Source of the DNA: Octopus vulgaris
Lineage: Eukaryota
Assembly: GCA_951406725.2 (NCBI GenBank)
Contig: OX597827.1
Coordinates: 62,992,001-63,056,000, forward strand
Length of the DNA stretch: 64,000 nt
Reading direction: 5' to 3'
The first letter of the stretch is position 1. Each line of letters opens with the position of its first letter. A program made the translations under genes and the position numbers. The notes under the pieces were generated by a model, which was not told where the DNA came from, ran no database searches, and saw only the letters and a list, made by a program, of their open reading frames with translations. This document shows, in pieces, positions 42,945 to 58,977 of this stretch.

Positions 42945-44010
42945 TTCAGTAGATTCGAAGTGGAAAGATCTTTCGCTGCAACTGTAGACTCGGTAGAAAA
43001 TTTTCTTACTAGACGGTATCTGTGACAAATGTGCATTAAAAAAAAATTATTGCTATTCAGCTTTTTGAATTTAAGTTGGGGCTATCTACCCAACAAAAAG
43101 CTGAATAAAATCATAAACCGTATTTTTTCCCGTTTATTTCTTACTGAAAATAAAGTTTGATCGATGATGCTTTTGTTATAAAGAATATTCGCCATATTCA
43201 TGTAAAATGATACACAAAATGCTTGATCACACACGGACGAGAAAAGGCCTTTCGGCGTAGAAATAATCTCGGAAAAAAAACTTCCTCGGAAACAACAGGT
43301 GCGAAAACACTTTGGACTATCTATGATGTTATTGGATCGTAGGATGCAGTCATCATTGAGTTATTTCGTGTTGTCAACTACAACCACTGTCATGCACAAC
43401 CCGATAACTACAAATCAATGATATTGGACATTAGCTGATGCTTGCAAAGCTTGATCAAGCTAGGATTAAATACTAAAGTTGCACAAAATAGCTTTCAATA
43501 AAATATAATTCATATAAAACAATGTTTACCACGCTTGAGTACACTCGGACGTAATAAGACCTTTCACTGCTGAAATAGTCTCAGGAGAAGACTCTTCTCC
43601 AAGACATGTATGAGAAAATTTGGCTGTAAATGACGTCACTAGATTTTAAGAAGCATGCATTTTATTTCTCTGTTCTTTCACATCGTCACATACGGACGCC
43701 AAATATTTCCTTAGCTTGGCCAAGCTTAATGCTCATCAATAGAAGTACTCTTTGCTTTTCTAATGTGGTGGAATCGTACTTTTTGGGTTGTGAAAGTTAG
43801 ACCTGGTTTTCGGAGCTGAAGACACGAAAGAATGCAGAAACCTGTGCGTTCTACGATCTAATAACGCCGTTTACAATGTGTTTGTACATATGTCTAGAAG
43901 GAAAGTCCCTCCCAAGACTATTTCTGCAGTAAAATTCTTCTCACGTCTAAGTATATTTGAACTTGTAAAATATGATTTTACTTTAATATAGTTTATTAAA
44001 GCTGCTTCGT
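42945..44010. repeat. Diverged ~300 bp-period direct repeats plus one inverted copy
   Basis: Motif ACTCGGACGTAATAAGACCTTTCACTGCTGAAATAGTCTCAGGAGAAGACTCTTCTCCAAGAC at ~43545; similar at ~43230 and ~42955 (+) and ~43880-44010 (-). Confidence 0.6.
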
Positions 44011-44039
44011 CGGAATTTAATACTTATCATATAATAGAG

Positions 44040-44270
44040 GGCGGCGAGCTGATAGAATCACTAGACAGAAAAACTTGGAACAGAAAGACGGTCAAAATAC
44101 TTAACGGCATTTCACCCGTTTTTGTGTTCTGAGATCAAATTTCACCGAGGTCGACTTTGCCTCTCCTCCATTGCAGAATGATAAAATAAGTACTAGTTGA
44201 GCACTTGGGGCCAATGTAATTGACTTACTCCCTCGCACAAGAATGGTGGCCTTGTGCCAAAATTTGAAAT
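44040..44270 (+). mobile_element. SINE family B, diverged
   Basis: GGCGGCGAGCTG...CCGAGGTCGACTTTGCC...GGCCTTGTGCC. Confidence 0.8.
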
Positions 44271-44320
44271 CAATATTTATTATATAATTAAAAGCATCGG
44301 GAGCGTTCGCTTTCTTATAT

Positions 44321-44449
<129 letters not shown>

Positions 44450-44534
44450 AAAAAAGGGGTAGAATTAATTAATTGTTAATCAATTCGACCAAGCAGTATT
44501 CGGTATGTAAAAGGACCATTTACGGTATATTTGA

Positions 44535-44997
44535 AGTATTAATTTATAAAAATATGGTAAAGTAAAAAAATTCACTTTACCGCACACCGAACTTTTCACA
44601 AATAGCAGCCAAAAATTTGGCTATTTCTTCAACTGCAAGTAAAAGTCTCCAGACAATGCATACTCAGAAAATAACTCACATAGGTATAAGGGAAAAACAA
44701 TGAAAGATCACATCCATATAAGATACCCGAGAACAGCCTGTTTCTGGATTCGTGGGTTAAACGCCACTTTTCCTTCTAACCCACGAATCCAGAAACAGGC
44801 TGTTCTCGGGTATCTTATATGGATGTGATCTTTCATTGTTTTTCCCTTATACCTATGTGAGTTATTTTCTGAGTATGCATTGTCTGGAGACTTTTACTTG
44901 CAGTTGAAGAAATAGCCAAATTTTTGGCTGCTATTTCTGAAAAAGTTCGGTGTGCGGATAAAGTGAATTTTTACTTTACCATATTTTTATAAATTAA

Positions 44998-45001
<4 letters not shown>
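44535..45001. repeat. Long foldback (~225 bp arms, 17 nt spacer), PLE-like
   Basis: 44535-44759 vs 44777-45001 with few differences; the insert 44447-45001 lies between (TA)n tracts. Confidence 0.95.
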
Positions 45002-45051
<50 letters not shown>

Positions 45052-45055
45052 TTAC

Positions 45056-45088
<33 letters not shown>

Positions 45089-45096
45089 CACATATT

Positions 45097-45142
<46 letters not shown>

Positions 45143-45998
45143 CACATATTTACATACATATATATATATATACTAGAGTACCCGTGACCTGTTGGGGCAC
45201 CGGGAAACTATGAGTTTCCCAGCAATGGAGTTTTGTTTTTCATTTCCAGGTTATTTCGCATGCTTTCAAAGAATATGAGATCAAAATCACGCGTAAACGG
45301 CTCCTTTCACCAGAAAATAAAAATATTGGCTGCTATTTCTTGCAAGCTCTGCTAACACGTAACAGGTATTTCGAGTCTTTTATCGCAAGTAGCTGTTATG
45401 TGGTAGTAGGGCGTGCTAGAAATGGCAGCCAAATGTTTTGAGCTGAGATACGTTGAATGCACTCGAAAAAATCCTATTGAAAAAAGCTATTTCACACCTA
45501 GGTTACGAACGGGTCTTTTAGGAAATATTCACCGTAGTTTTAAAGTCATTTTCACTTTAAAATATTTTTTAGATATGCCAAAAAGAAAAAAAAATATATA
45601 TGTATAAGTGAATTCCTTGAATTATATTATCCGGACGGATACCGTATTAGCTCTTAGTTCAGTTCCAGTTAACGGCTGTGACTACAATTTGTAGCAAATC
45701 ACACCGTGAATTCTTCCGATGGTTAAGTCCATGTACGCTTTACTGGACGATAAAAGTTTCTGGAGCATATATGATTATTAATAATAAAGAGTATGGAGAC
45801 TTGTACATCCACAAAATTTATTCTATTAATTTATACAGCATATTATAATGACCTATAATGACGTGTATGTCATCGTATGCTGCATAAGATTATCACATAA
45901 ATATTGGGGATGTAGAAATCTCTATACTCTTCATTACTTGATATATGTGTTTGTGTGTGTGTGTGTATGTACACATACACACACATATCTAGTATATA

Positions 45999-46076
<78 letters not shown>

Positions 46077-46552
46077 CACACACAAGCATGAATTTCAAAG
46101 AGTAAAATAACGAACAGATACTAAAAAACAAGGCGATAGAAAAAGACTAAGACAGTAAGAATTAGAAGCGATGAGATGCTTCGAGAGTGAAGTCGATCTA
46201 TATTGTACATAAGTAAAATATTTAGTATATTCCATTTCGCCTACGAATTTGAACGTACTCATCGAAGCATATCTTGGAATTGCTCTATGTATGCGTGTAT
46301 GTATGTATGTATGTATGTATGTATGTATGTATGTATGTATGTATGTATGTATGTATGTATGTATGTATGTATGTATGTATGTATGTATGTATGCACGTAT
46401 CTGTCTATCTATCAGTCTATCCATATATATATATGTATGTGTGTGTGTGTATGTAAATATGTATATTTATACATGTATAAATGAATATATTTACATACAT
46501 TTATCTATGCACAAATATAAATATGTGCATATATATGTATATATCAATATAC

Positions 46553-46584
<32 letters not shown>

Positions 46585-47195
46585 ATATATGTATGTATAT
46601 ATATATACATAAACTATGCATAAATGTATATATGTGTATATATATATGTATACATCAATATATATATATATATATATACATATGTGTATGTATGTACATA
46701 TATATATGTAAATGGAAATATATATGTATATACATAAATATATATGTACATATGTTTATACATATATACACATGTATACACCCACACTCACAAGTACACA
46801 CATATTGGAAGTGTTGTCTTAAATACTTTAAGTTATTTTTTCAAGCATTATACATTGGACTGCAGCGATATTGGGGGACTGTCAGGAACAGTTTTAGTCA
46901 AATATATCGATCCACAATCCTTGTTTCCTTACGATACTTATTTTATTGATCTCAGCTAAAACTTCGAATGTAAAGCAAAGCAACTCGACGTAACACTTTG
47001 CAGCAATGTACACAGTTTCACACAAGACTATCCACATACGCAAACACATAAGTACATCCAGATTCGTACAAACACAAAGACATACACACACACGCACTAA
47101 TACATACACACAAACATGTACATAGACAGAAACATAAATATATACACAAATAGCTAGCTAGATAGATAGAAAGACAGACAGACAGATAGATAGAT

Positions 47196-47349
<154 letters not shown>

Positions 47350-47350
47350 G

Positions 47351-47449
<99 letters not shown>

Positions 47450-47758
47450 GTAGGTAGGTAAACAGAGAGAGAATGATATAAAAATTTAAATATAAATATA
47501 TACATATATTTCTACAAAAAACGATAATTACTTTTCGGAGACATCATTTCTATAGTCATCTATATTGACGTTCTCAACGATAATACCGTTCCCAACTATA
47601 TTCTTTCCCAGATAAGTTGCAATTCATATCCGACGTTCCTATGAAGCTGTAGGCTGTTACACAGGCACACAACCACAATAGCAGAAACAGCCGTAAGCTA
47701 ATGAAGTTCATGGGAAAATCATTTATCCTTTATTCATTTCTTTTTCTTTATATACACA

Positions 47759-47825
<67 letters not shown>

Positions 47826-47827
47826 AC

Positions 47828-47874
<47 letters not shown>

Positions 47875-48094
47875 CATATGTATATATATGCACATATATA
47901 TATACATATACATATATATACGTATATATACATATATATACATATGTGTATGTGTGTGTGTGTGTTTGTGTGTGTAAAGCATAATATATATGTATGTATA
48001 TTCTTGTAATTGTCATTTTAGAAATTAATAAATTGACATAATATAATGTATAAAAGTTGATGAACCACCTATTGATCCCCTCCATTTCCTTGTT

Positions 48095-48176
<82 letters not shown>

Positions 48177-48207
48177 CACGGTTTGGACAAAATAATGGAA
48201 ACACCTA

Positions 48208-48630
48208 CTCTTTTTACTCTTCTACTCTTTTACTTGTTTCAGTCATTTGACTGCGGCCATGCTGGAGCACCGCCTTTAATCGAGCAACTCGACCCCAGGA
48301 CTTATTCTTTTGGAAGCCCAGTACTTATTCTATCGGTCTCTTTTGCCGAACCGCTAAGTAACGGGGACATAAACACACCAGCATCGGTTATCAAGCGATG
48401 CTATAGGGGGACAAACACAGACACACGAACACACACACACACACACATATATATATACACATATATACGACGGGCTTCTTTCAGTTTCCGTCTACCAAAT
48501 CCACTCACAAGGCTTTGGTCAGCCCGAGGCTATAGTAGAAGACACTTGCCCAATGTGCTACGCAGTGGGACTGAACCCGGAACCATGTGGTTGGTAAACA
48601 AGCTACTTACCACACAGCCACTCCTGCACC
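48208..48630 (-). mobile_element. SINE family A nested in the Tc1 5' region
   Basis: Full-length family match directly after the left TIR. Confidence 0.9.
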
Positions 48631-48716
48631 TAGTTTCAAAATTTTGAAATATGTTTTGCTAAAATTGCTGTTTCTTTTCAGATATCACCAGAAAAAGGTA
48701 ATTAAAATCCATTAAA

Positions 48717-49690
48717 ATGACAGATACATCTGACTTTCATAGAGGTCAAATTGTAGGTGCTCATATGGTAGGCGTTAGCATAACAAAAACAGCCGAAATA
48801 TTTAGTGTATCAAGAAGTACTGTCTCGAAAGTAATGACAGCCTTTGAGAAAGAGGGAAAAACCTCCTCGTCGAAACAAAACTACGGAAGCAAACCAAAAC
48901 GGTCAGATAGAGATCGTTGGACTCTTACGCAAATTGTTTGAAAGGTTCACAAAAATACAGCTCCCAAAATTACTGCAGAACTTAAGGACCACCTCTAGAA
49001 CTCAGTTTCCACAAAAACTGTTCGCCAGGAGCTGCACAAACAATCGTTGCAGTGTATAGAGTGGAGTAAAAACCTACAGAATTGGTTCCTAGAGTAGTGG
49101 AAGAATGTTATATTCTCGGACGAGTCCTCCTTTACCTTATTTCCGACCACCGGCCGAGTATATGTATGGAGAAAACCAAAAGAAGCATTTGACCCAGACT
49201 GCCTTCTTCCAATTGTTAAACATGGAGGAGGATCTGTGATGATCTGGGTGGGGGCTATATCATGAAAATTTGCCGGCCCATTCGTTTGACTTCATGGCAG
49301 AATTAATAATCAAGACTACTTATGCATTTTATGCCATAAAATTCTTTCTATGGTTGCGGAACTCTTTCCGGAGGGAAATGCAATCTTTCAGGATTATAAT
49401 GCAACAATTCACACAGCTCAATTTAGTACTGAATGGCACGAGGAATATTCTAGTGAAGTTGAACACAATAACTGGCCACTACAAGCCCCAGATCTCAATA
49501 TTGTTGAACATTTATGGTGTATTTTTGAAAAACGATTAAGGAGTCGATATCTTCTACCACAACACTGGAAACTGTTTTAGCAGAAAAATGGACTAAAGTT
49601 CCTTTGGAAACAATTCAAACTTTGTACGAGTCCATACCTAGCAGAATTCAAGCCGTAAATACTACCAAAGGCGGTCCTACCCCAAATCAA
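48717..49690 (+). pseudogene. Tc1-family transposase pseudogene (DD36E spacing)
   Basis: HTH (RGQIVGA...TAEIFSVSRSTVSKV), VIFSDES, VKHGGGSVMIW, FQDYNATIH, WPLQAPDLNIVEHLW; stops and frameshifts. Confidence 0.9.
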
Positions 49691-50139
49691 AATAAACCTG
49701 TTTGAAATGTTAAGATGTTTCCATTATTTTGTCCCACCCCTGTATGTATTTATGACAACTGTTCGTCGAACGGGAACAGTAATAGTTCTACGATCATTTT
49801 GCAGCTTTAATAAAAAGTATATAACTCTACATTTGTTATTCGAGTACCAGTTATTCCACCTTTTTTGTACTTATGTGGATCCTTTTATATATTTTTATAT
49901 TTCTAATATTTTCTGTCGTGGGACACGAAATGCTTGCGAAACCTACCTCCAACTTATCGAATATGTGAAACGAAGGCATTTCTCTTCCACATTTTCTATT
50001 TGGTTTCCACGTATTTTCAACTATTTCTTGTTACCACCTTCACCCTCCGCAAAAAATCCCAAATTTTATTTAATTTGCTTTGCTGGAAAGACTGTTTCAA
50101 CGAAGTCGCGTATTGTCCTTACCTTCGTAACGCGGTGTA

Positions 50140-50340
50140 GATGAAACAGGGACAACTGATGAAGGGGAATATTCTTTATGTTGCATGTCTCGTTTCTCTG
50201 GTTTTTTTCGTTGTTCGAAAAAAATTTCGTTTTCTATGTTTTTGTTTTTATGTTTTCGTTTTTTTTAATGTCCTGTACCCATATATGCATGTATATATAC
50301 ATACATATGTATGTATATAAGCAGATATGCATATATTATT

Positions 50341-50345
<5 letters not shown>
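50140..50345 (+). repeat. Dispersed TA-associated repeat family F (also 53470-53765, 60830-61120)
   Basis: Shared GGACAACTGATGAAGGGGAATATTCTTT...GTCCTGTACCCATATATGCATGTATATA. Confidence 0.75.
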
Positions 50346-50393
<48 letters not shown>

Positions 50394-50849
50394 GACAGAT
50401 AGGAAGATATAATTATAAATATACGAAAAAATGACAGGTTTCCAAATAGTTCCAATTTAAGAAACTTGCATCACGAGACTTTGGTCAAATCCAACGTTTT
50501 TAGTGGAAGACAGCTGCCCAAAATGCCGCGCAATCATTTTGAACAACGAGTGCGCGGAAGAAACGTCTTAATCACATGATTGTGTTTGAAACAATATATA
50601 CCAGTTTTACTATAAAGATAAAATACATATTCTACATGTGTATTATAGCTGTTTGCATGATTAGCTTTTGCATGATATTTGTCGTAGGGGAGAGAGAGAG
50701 GGGTGGAAGGAAGGAGGGAGAGAGAGACTGGGGGAAGAGAGAGACAAGGAAAAGTACTGAACAGGAGTTAGGGACAGGTGAAAGAGAAAGAGAAGTATTA
50801 ATAGCCGTACAAGGGTATCGATCATAATACGTACACTGTATATGTAGGC

Positions 50850-53165
<2,316 letters not shown>

Positions 53166-53423
53166 AGCCATTTTGTGTACATTTATATGCAAAAAGTATT
53201 CGATACTTCACGGTGGGCGTAAGTAGATTTTATTGAGGGTGAATGATTCGTGAATCGTTACCCGGAGTTTCCTGCTGTGACATTGTGACTCGCCAAGATT
53301 TAGCCCCGTATAAAAATCATATATTTTGCTTTCCTGTCGCCCTCTCTTTCTCCGTCTATCCACATATCTGTATATATAGAGTTAAGAAACACATACATAC
53401 ATTTGACTCTCTCTCTCTCTCTC

Positions 53424-53468
<45 letters not shown>

Positions 53469-53792
53469 CCTTCGGAACGTGGAGTAGATGAGACAGGGGC
53501 AACTGAAGAAGGGGAAAATTCTTTGTTGCATGTCTCGTTTCTTTGTTTTTTTCGTTGTTCGAAAAAAAGTTCGTTTTTCATGTTTTTGTTTTTATGTTTT
53601 CGTTTCTCATTGTGTTCAACGTTTTTTTGTTGTCCAGTATCCATATATGCATGTATATACACATATATATGTAGGTATGTACATATATGTATGTATATAT
53701 GCATATATTTATACATTATTTATATTATCATATGATCGAACGCCACGCATCCTTTTCCAAGTAAGTTTTAACTATCTATCTATATATACATG

Positions 53793-53847
<55 letters not shown>

Positions 53848-53909
53848 ATACATACATATATACATATATACATATATACATATATATATGTGTGTGTGTG
53901 TGTATGACG

Positions 53910-55358
53910 AGATAAACTACCTGTATCAACTTGCTATAAAAGCAGGTAGTAATCTTGTACTTATCCTTAGTTTTAGTTTTGAAAATTACAGTTCGATTTT
54001 AACAGAATTTTTTCAAAGCTATAATAGAAGTGACAAAGCAGCATATTCGGAATATTTTGCTTTATGAGTACAACAAAAGTAGCAATGGAACGGAATGTGT
54101 GAGGAATATTAAATGCAGAATATGGGGATTGGACAATAAGGGTAAGCCAGCGTCAAGGGTGGTTCCAGAAATTTCGAGCCGGAAACTACAGCCTAGAAAA
54201 CGAGCCTCGTGCTAGATCTGTAGAGCTTGACGACCACGTTCTGCAAATCCTGGTGGAATAAAGCCCCGTCGTAACTTGTTTCTTTACTATCCACAAGGGG
54301 CTAAACAGAGGAGACAAACAAGGACAGACAGACGGTTTAAGTCGATTATATCGACCCCAGTGCGTAACTGGTACTTAATTTACCGACCCCGAAAGGATGA
54401 AAGGCAAAGTCGACCACGGCGGTATTTGAGCCCAGAACGTAACGGCAGACGAAATAGCGCTCAGCATTTCGCCCAGCGTGCTAACGTTTCTGTCAGCCTC
54501 GTCGTAACTGTTGAGGAACTAGCAGAGAAGCTTGGATTTCGTCATTCAACTATTCATCGACACCTGTGTACCATCGGAAAAGTCAGTAAATTGGGTCAAT
54601 ACATTCCTTACAAACTTTCCGAATCTAATGGCGCGCAGAGAGTGAATGTGTGCTCTTCTGTGTTCACGTCTCATGAATGCACCATTTCTGAACCCAATAG
54701 TGACTGGTGGTGAGAAAAGCATTCTCTATAAAAATATGAAGTACCGAAGACAGTGGGTAGGGAAAGGAAAAAGACCCACACCCTAGGCTACAGAAGGTCT
54801 TCACCCAAGTAAGGTGTTCTTACCTCTTTGGTGGCATATGAAAAGTTTAGTCGACTTTGAACTTTTAAACCCAAATCAAACGATAACAAAGAAGATCTAC
54901 TTTGAGCATTTTAGCAGCTAAAGTCAGCGCTAGAAGAAAAACGACCATCTTTGGCTTCAAGACAAAAGGTGTCCTTCCATCAGGATAATGCTTGGCCACA
55001 TACACTGACGATGCCATTCCAAAGGCTTGAGCAGTTTGAATGGGAAACAATGCTCGACCCACCATATTCACTGGACATTGCCCCATCAGATTATCATTTA
55101 TTCTGCAATCGGCAAAATTATTTGGTCGGAAAAAATACAGATTCTGTCGATGAGGTAAGAACAATGCTGCAGGAGTATTTTTCCTCACTGAGAAGTGAAT
55201 TTTGGAAGAGGGGCCTTGCAAGTCTACCAGATAGATGGAAGAGCGTGGTAGAATGTGAAGGAGAGTATATTTTGGACTAAAAATGAACTTTATTTACCTT
55301 AATTTTGAAAAATAAAAGAAGAATAAAGAAAACCGCATTATTTATAGGATGACCCAAT
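53910..55358 (+). pseudogene. Mariner (DD34D) transposon remnant
   Basis: HIRNILLYEY, TVEELAEKLGFRHSTIHRHL, HQDNAWPHT...PPYSLDIAPSDYHLF (34-residue spacing); right end CCGCATTATTTATAGGATGACCCAA|TA; left TIR not found. Confidence 0.9.
54277..54499 (-). mobile_element. SINE family B inserted in the mariner transposase
   Basis: TSD CGTCGTAACT at 54267-54276 and 54500-54509. Confidence 0.9.
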
Positions 55359-55365
55359 ATATACT

Positions 55366-55530
55366 CTCAAGAATGGCTGTGTGGTAAGATGCTTGCTTCC
55401 CATCCGCATGATTCCGGGTTCTGTCGCACTGCGTGACACCTTGAGCAAGTGTCTTCTACTATAGCGTTGGGAAGACCAACGCCTTGTGAGTACATATCTT
55501 TGACAGAAACTGAAAGAAGTCTTATTCGTC
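55366..55530 (+). mobile_element. SINE family A 5' half, diverged
   Basis: Head and core match; followed directly by the maT element. Confidence 0.75.
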
Positions 55531-55535
55531 TTATA

Positions 55536-56410
55536 CAGGGATGCCGTGAATAAACTGTCGTCTAAATTACGCAAAAACGAAAATAACTCTGAATCTCACC
55601 TTAACAGATATATTTACCAAAATTACATCAAAAATATTTTGAAATACTAAAGAGTAAATTTATTCAATATAATCGCTATTGGTTTCAAACACGGACTCCA
55701 GACAACTTCGGAATCTCCTGCAACTCTTCTGGACGGTCTCCTTGTTTAAGTTGATCAATGCTGCCATAATCCTTGCCTTTAATTCATTTTTGGTGTTACA
55801 AGGAGTTTTATTGGTCTTTCGCTCAGCTGCGCCCCGCACATAATAATCAAGGGAGTTGCAGTGTGGGGAATTAGGTGACCAGATGCAAAGGGTGATGTGG
55901 TAGCAGAAATTGTCTGACGGCCACGACTAGGTTCTCCTGGTTGTGTGGCATGGTGCAGAATCCTGTTGCCAGACATAGAGTTTTCAGCAACCACCCTCTT
56001 GACCCAGAGCAGCATTACCTTCTCCAGGCACTTAATGTAGACCACCGTGTTGTGTGCGAGGCCGTGTATGAAGATTAATGGAGGCATAACGCCACCACCA
56101 CTAGTGATCTCTCCTAAACATCATGATGTTGACTGAATGTTTGATATTTATCACTTTCGGTACCTGTCCTCAGATTGCACTGTCCTCAGATTGATACCCA
56201 AACACTCTGAGATATTCGTATCTGAAATATTTGCAGTATAGCATGTCGTTTCCAAATTTCTGGCAGAGTGAATTGCATTACGGTGATATTTTTCTCACAG
56301 ACGGTGCCCAAATGACCCTACTATACTGTGTAGTTGAGAAAATCAGAAACAAACAATGCGCATGCGCGAAACTATTATTATAGAATGCTGACAATTTACC
56401 TGTCGCACCT

Positions 56411-56412
<2 letters not shown>
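55536..56412 (-). mobile_element. maT (DD37D) transposon, internally deleted
   Basis: YVWQQDSAPCHT...WSPNSPHCNSLDYYV with 37 residues between the aspartates; CAGGG/CAAGGTG-type imperfect TIRs, TA flanks. Confidence 0.85.
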
Positions 56413-56469
<57 letters not shown>

Positions 56470-57119
56470 GTTATTATATATATATATTGGAAATGTTGAG
56501 CTCTCAGTCATATGTACACCACGGAAACCCGGTAGCCGGCCCAATATGCCCTAATACTCGAGACAGAAATATCCATGGCTCGTCGTCATCGTTGTTGTTA
56601 TTGTTGTTGTTGTTGCTGATGACGACGACGACGACTATGATGATGTTTTAGTACGGCTTGTTTATTCTGTGGTCCTATCTCAAACAATCTACATCCTTTC
56701 TTAACGCATTTACTTAGGTATTATTCGATTTCTTATATTAATCCCTGGTTATTACGCTTTTGCATCCTGTATTTTTACGGTATCCATACGTCATCATAGA
56801 TTTAGTATGTGGAAGGTTTCCAGTTTCCAGTTTTCCGTTTACAGTTTATCGAACATAAACTCTACTGAGGACGACTCATGTTTGGGGCCCATACAACGTG
56901 TCATACCCGAGCATTTGCCAAGCGATAAACTGTGATTCACGTTGCTCCAGTCCACCCAGCCGGAAAAAAAAAATTGACTAATCCTACGACGGATTAGCGT
57001 CCCGTTCAGGTAGGAATATATATACCCAAGACAAACCAGAAAAAACGGTCACATGATCCATATGGTGTAATGTGGGCTTCTTTACAAAGCACTCCTAAAA
57101 TATAAGAATGTATCCACCA

Positions 57120-58030
<911 letters not shown>

Positions 58031-58179
58031 GGGAAGCTTTGAGCGCTTCCCACACACAAATCGTTTAGGTTTCAGGCCCCTAGGCAAATATCTTCTAATA
58101 TATTCACGAGCAGACCAAAGACTTGTACGAAGATTTGGTAGATGGAAACTGAAAGAAGCCCGTCGTACATATATATATA

Positions 58180-58328
58180 TCTCTCCGTGTATCTTTCTGT
58201 TGAAGAGCGTAGGCTCGAAACGTTAAAGACTTGTTTTATTTATATTTCCTGAGCGCCATACTAATACAATTGTTCGTTTGTTTTCCACCTGCCTTCGTCT
58301 TTTGTTTATTTTCATAAAGCTTCCCGTT
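58180..58328 (+). repeat. TA-embedded repeat family G with hammerhead-like motif (homologue 15995-16190, -)
   Basis: UCUUU-CUGUUGA-A-GAGC-GUAG-GCUC-GAAACGUU-AAAGA; shared GAGCGCCATACTAATACAATTGTTCGTTTGTTTTCCACCTGCC. Confidence 0.65.
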
Positions 58329-58516
58329 ATATATATATATATATATGTAGGGATAATTCACAAAAAATGGACTGCCATGTTAGCTTGGCGATAACTATTA
58401 ATATCCAGTACCGTTACTGTAGTCTCCTTTAGAGAGATTTAGAAATATTAATATTTCGATTTATATACATATATATATGTATACATGTATATATGCATAT
58501 ATATATATATATATAT

Positions 58517-58617
<101 letters not shown>

Positions 58618-58694
58618 GAAAGTTTGGAGATGATGTACATGGTATTTTATATTAAAAGAAATGAGGTACTCAGAAATTCGGATGGTTTTATATT

Positions 58695-58920
58695 TACAGA
58701 TATTTATTTGTATAATACATGTTTTTATACATCATATAACTTATATCATATATCATATATCATATATCATATATCATTTCGTCCATTCTGGTGGATTTTT
58801 CATATGAAAAATCCACCAGAATGACACAATTTGAAAATCCACCAGAATGAACGAAAGCGTTAATATATGATATATGATATATGATATGATGTATAAAAAC
58901 ATGTAATATACAAATAAATA

Positions 58921-58926
<6 letters not shown>
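58695..58926. repeat. Foldback in a (TA)n-flanked insert (58612-58926)
   Basis: TACAGATATTTATTTGTATAATACATGTTTTTATACATCATA pairs with the right end; inner CATTCTGGTGGATTTT pairs with two copies of AAAATCCACCAGAATG. Confidence 0.85.

Positions 58927-58977
<51 letters not shown>

Larger units (their letters stand above)
48177..49742 (+). mobile_element. Tc1-like transposon, full length, decayed
   Basis: ~30 bp TIRs CACGGTTTGGACAAAATAATGGAAACACCT vs reverse complement CAGGGGTGGGACAAAATAATGGAAACATCT; TA on both flanks. Confidence 0.9.

Noticed and set aside
45173-45210. Helitron-like CTAG end with GC hairpin
   Set aside because: No matching 5' TC end identified; hairpin imperfect
47612-47692. 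Plus-strand segment with strong acceptor and GTAAGC donor
   Set aside because: Stops in all three frames; no support for a non-coding exon
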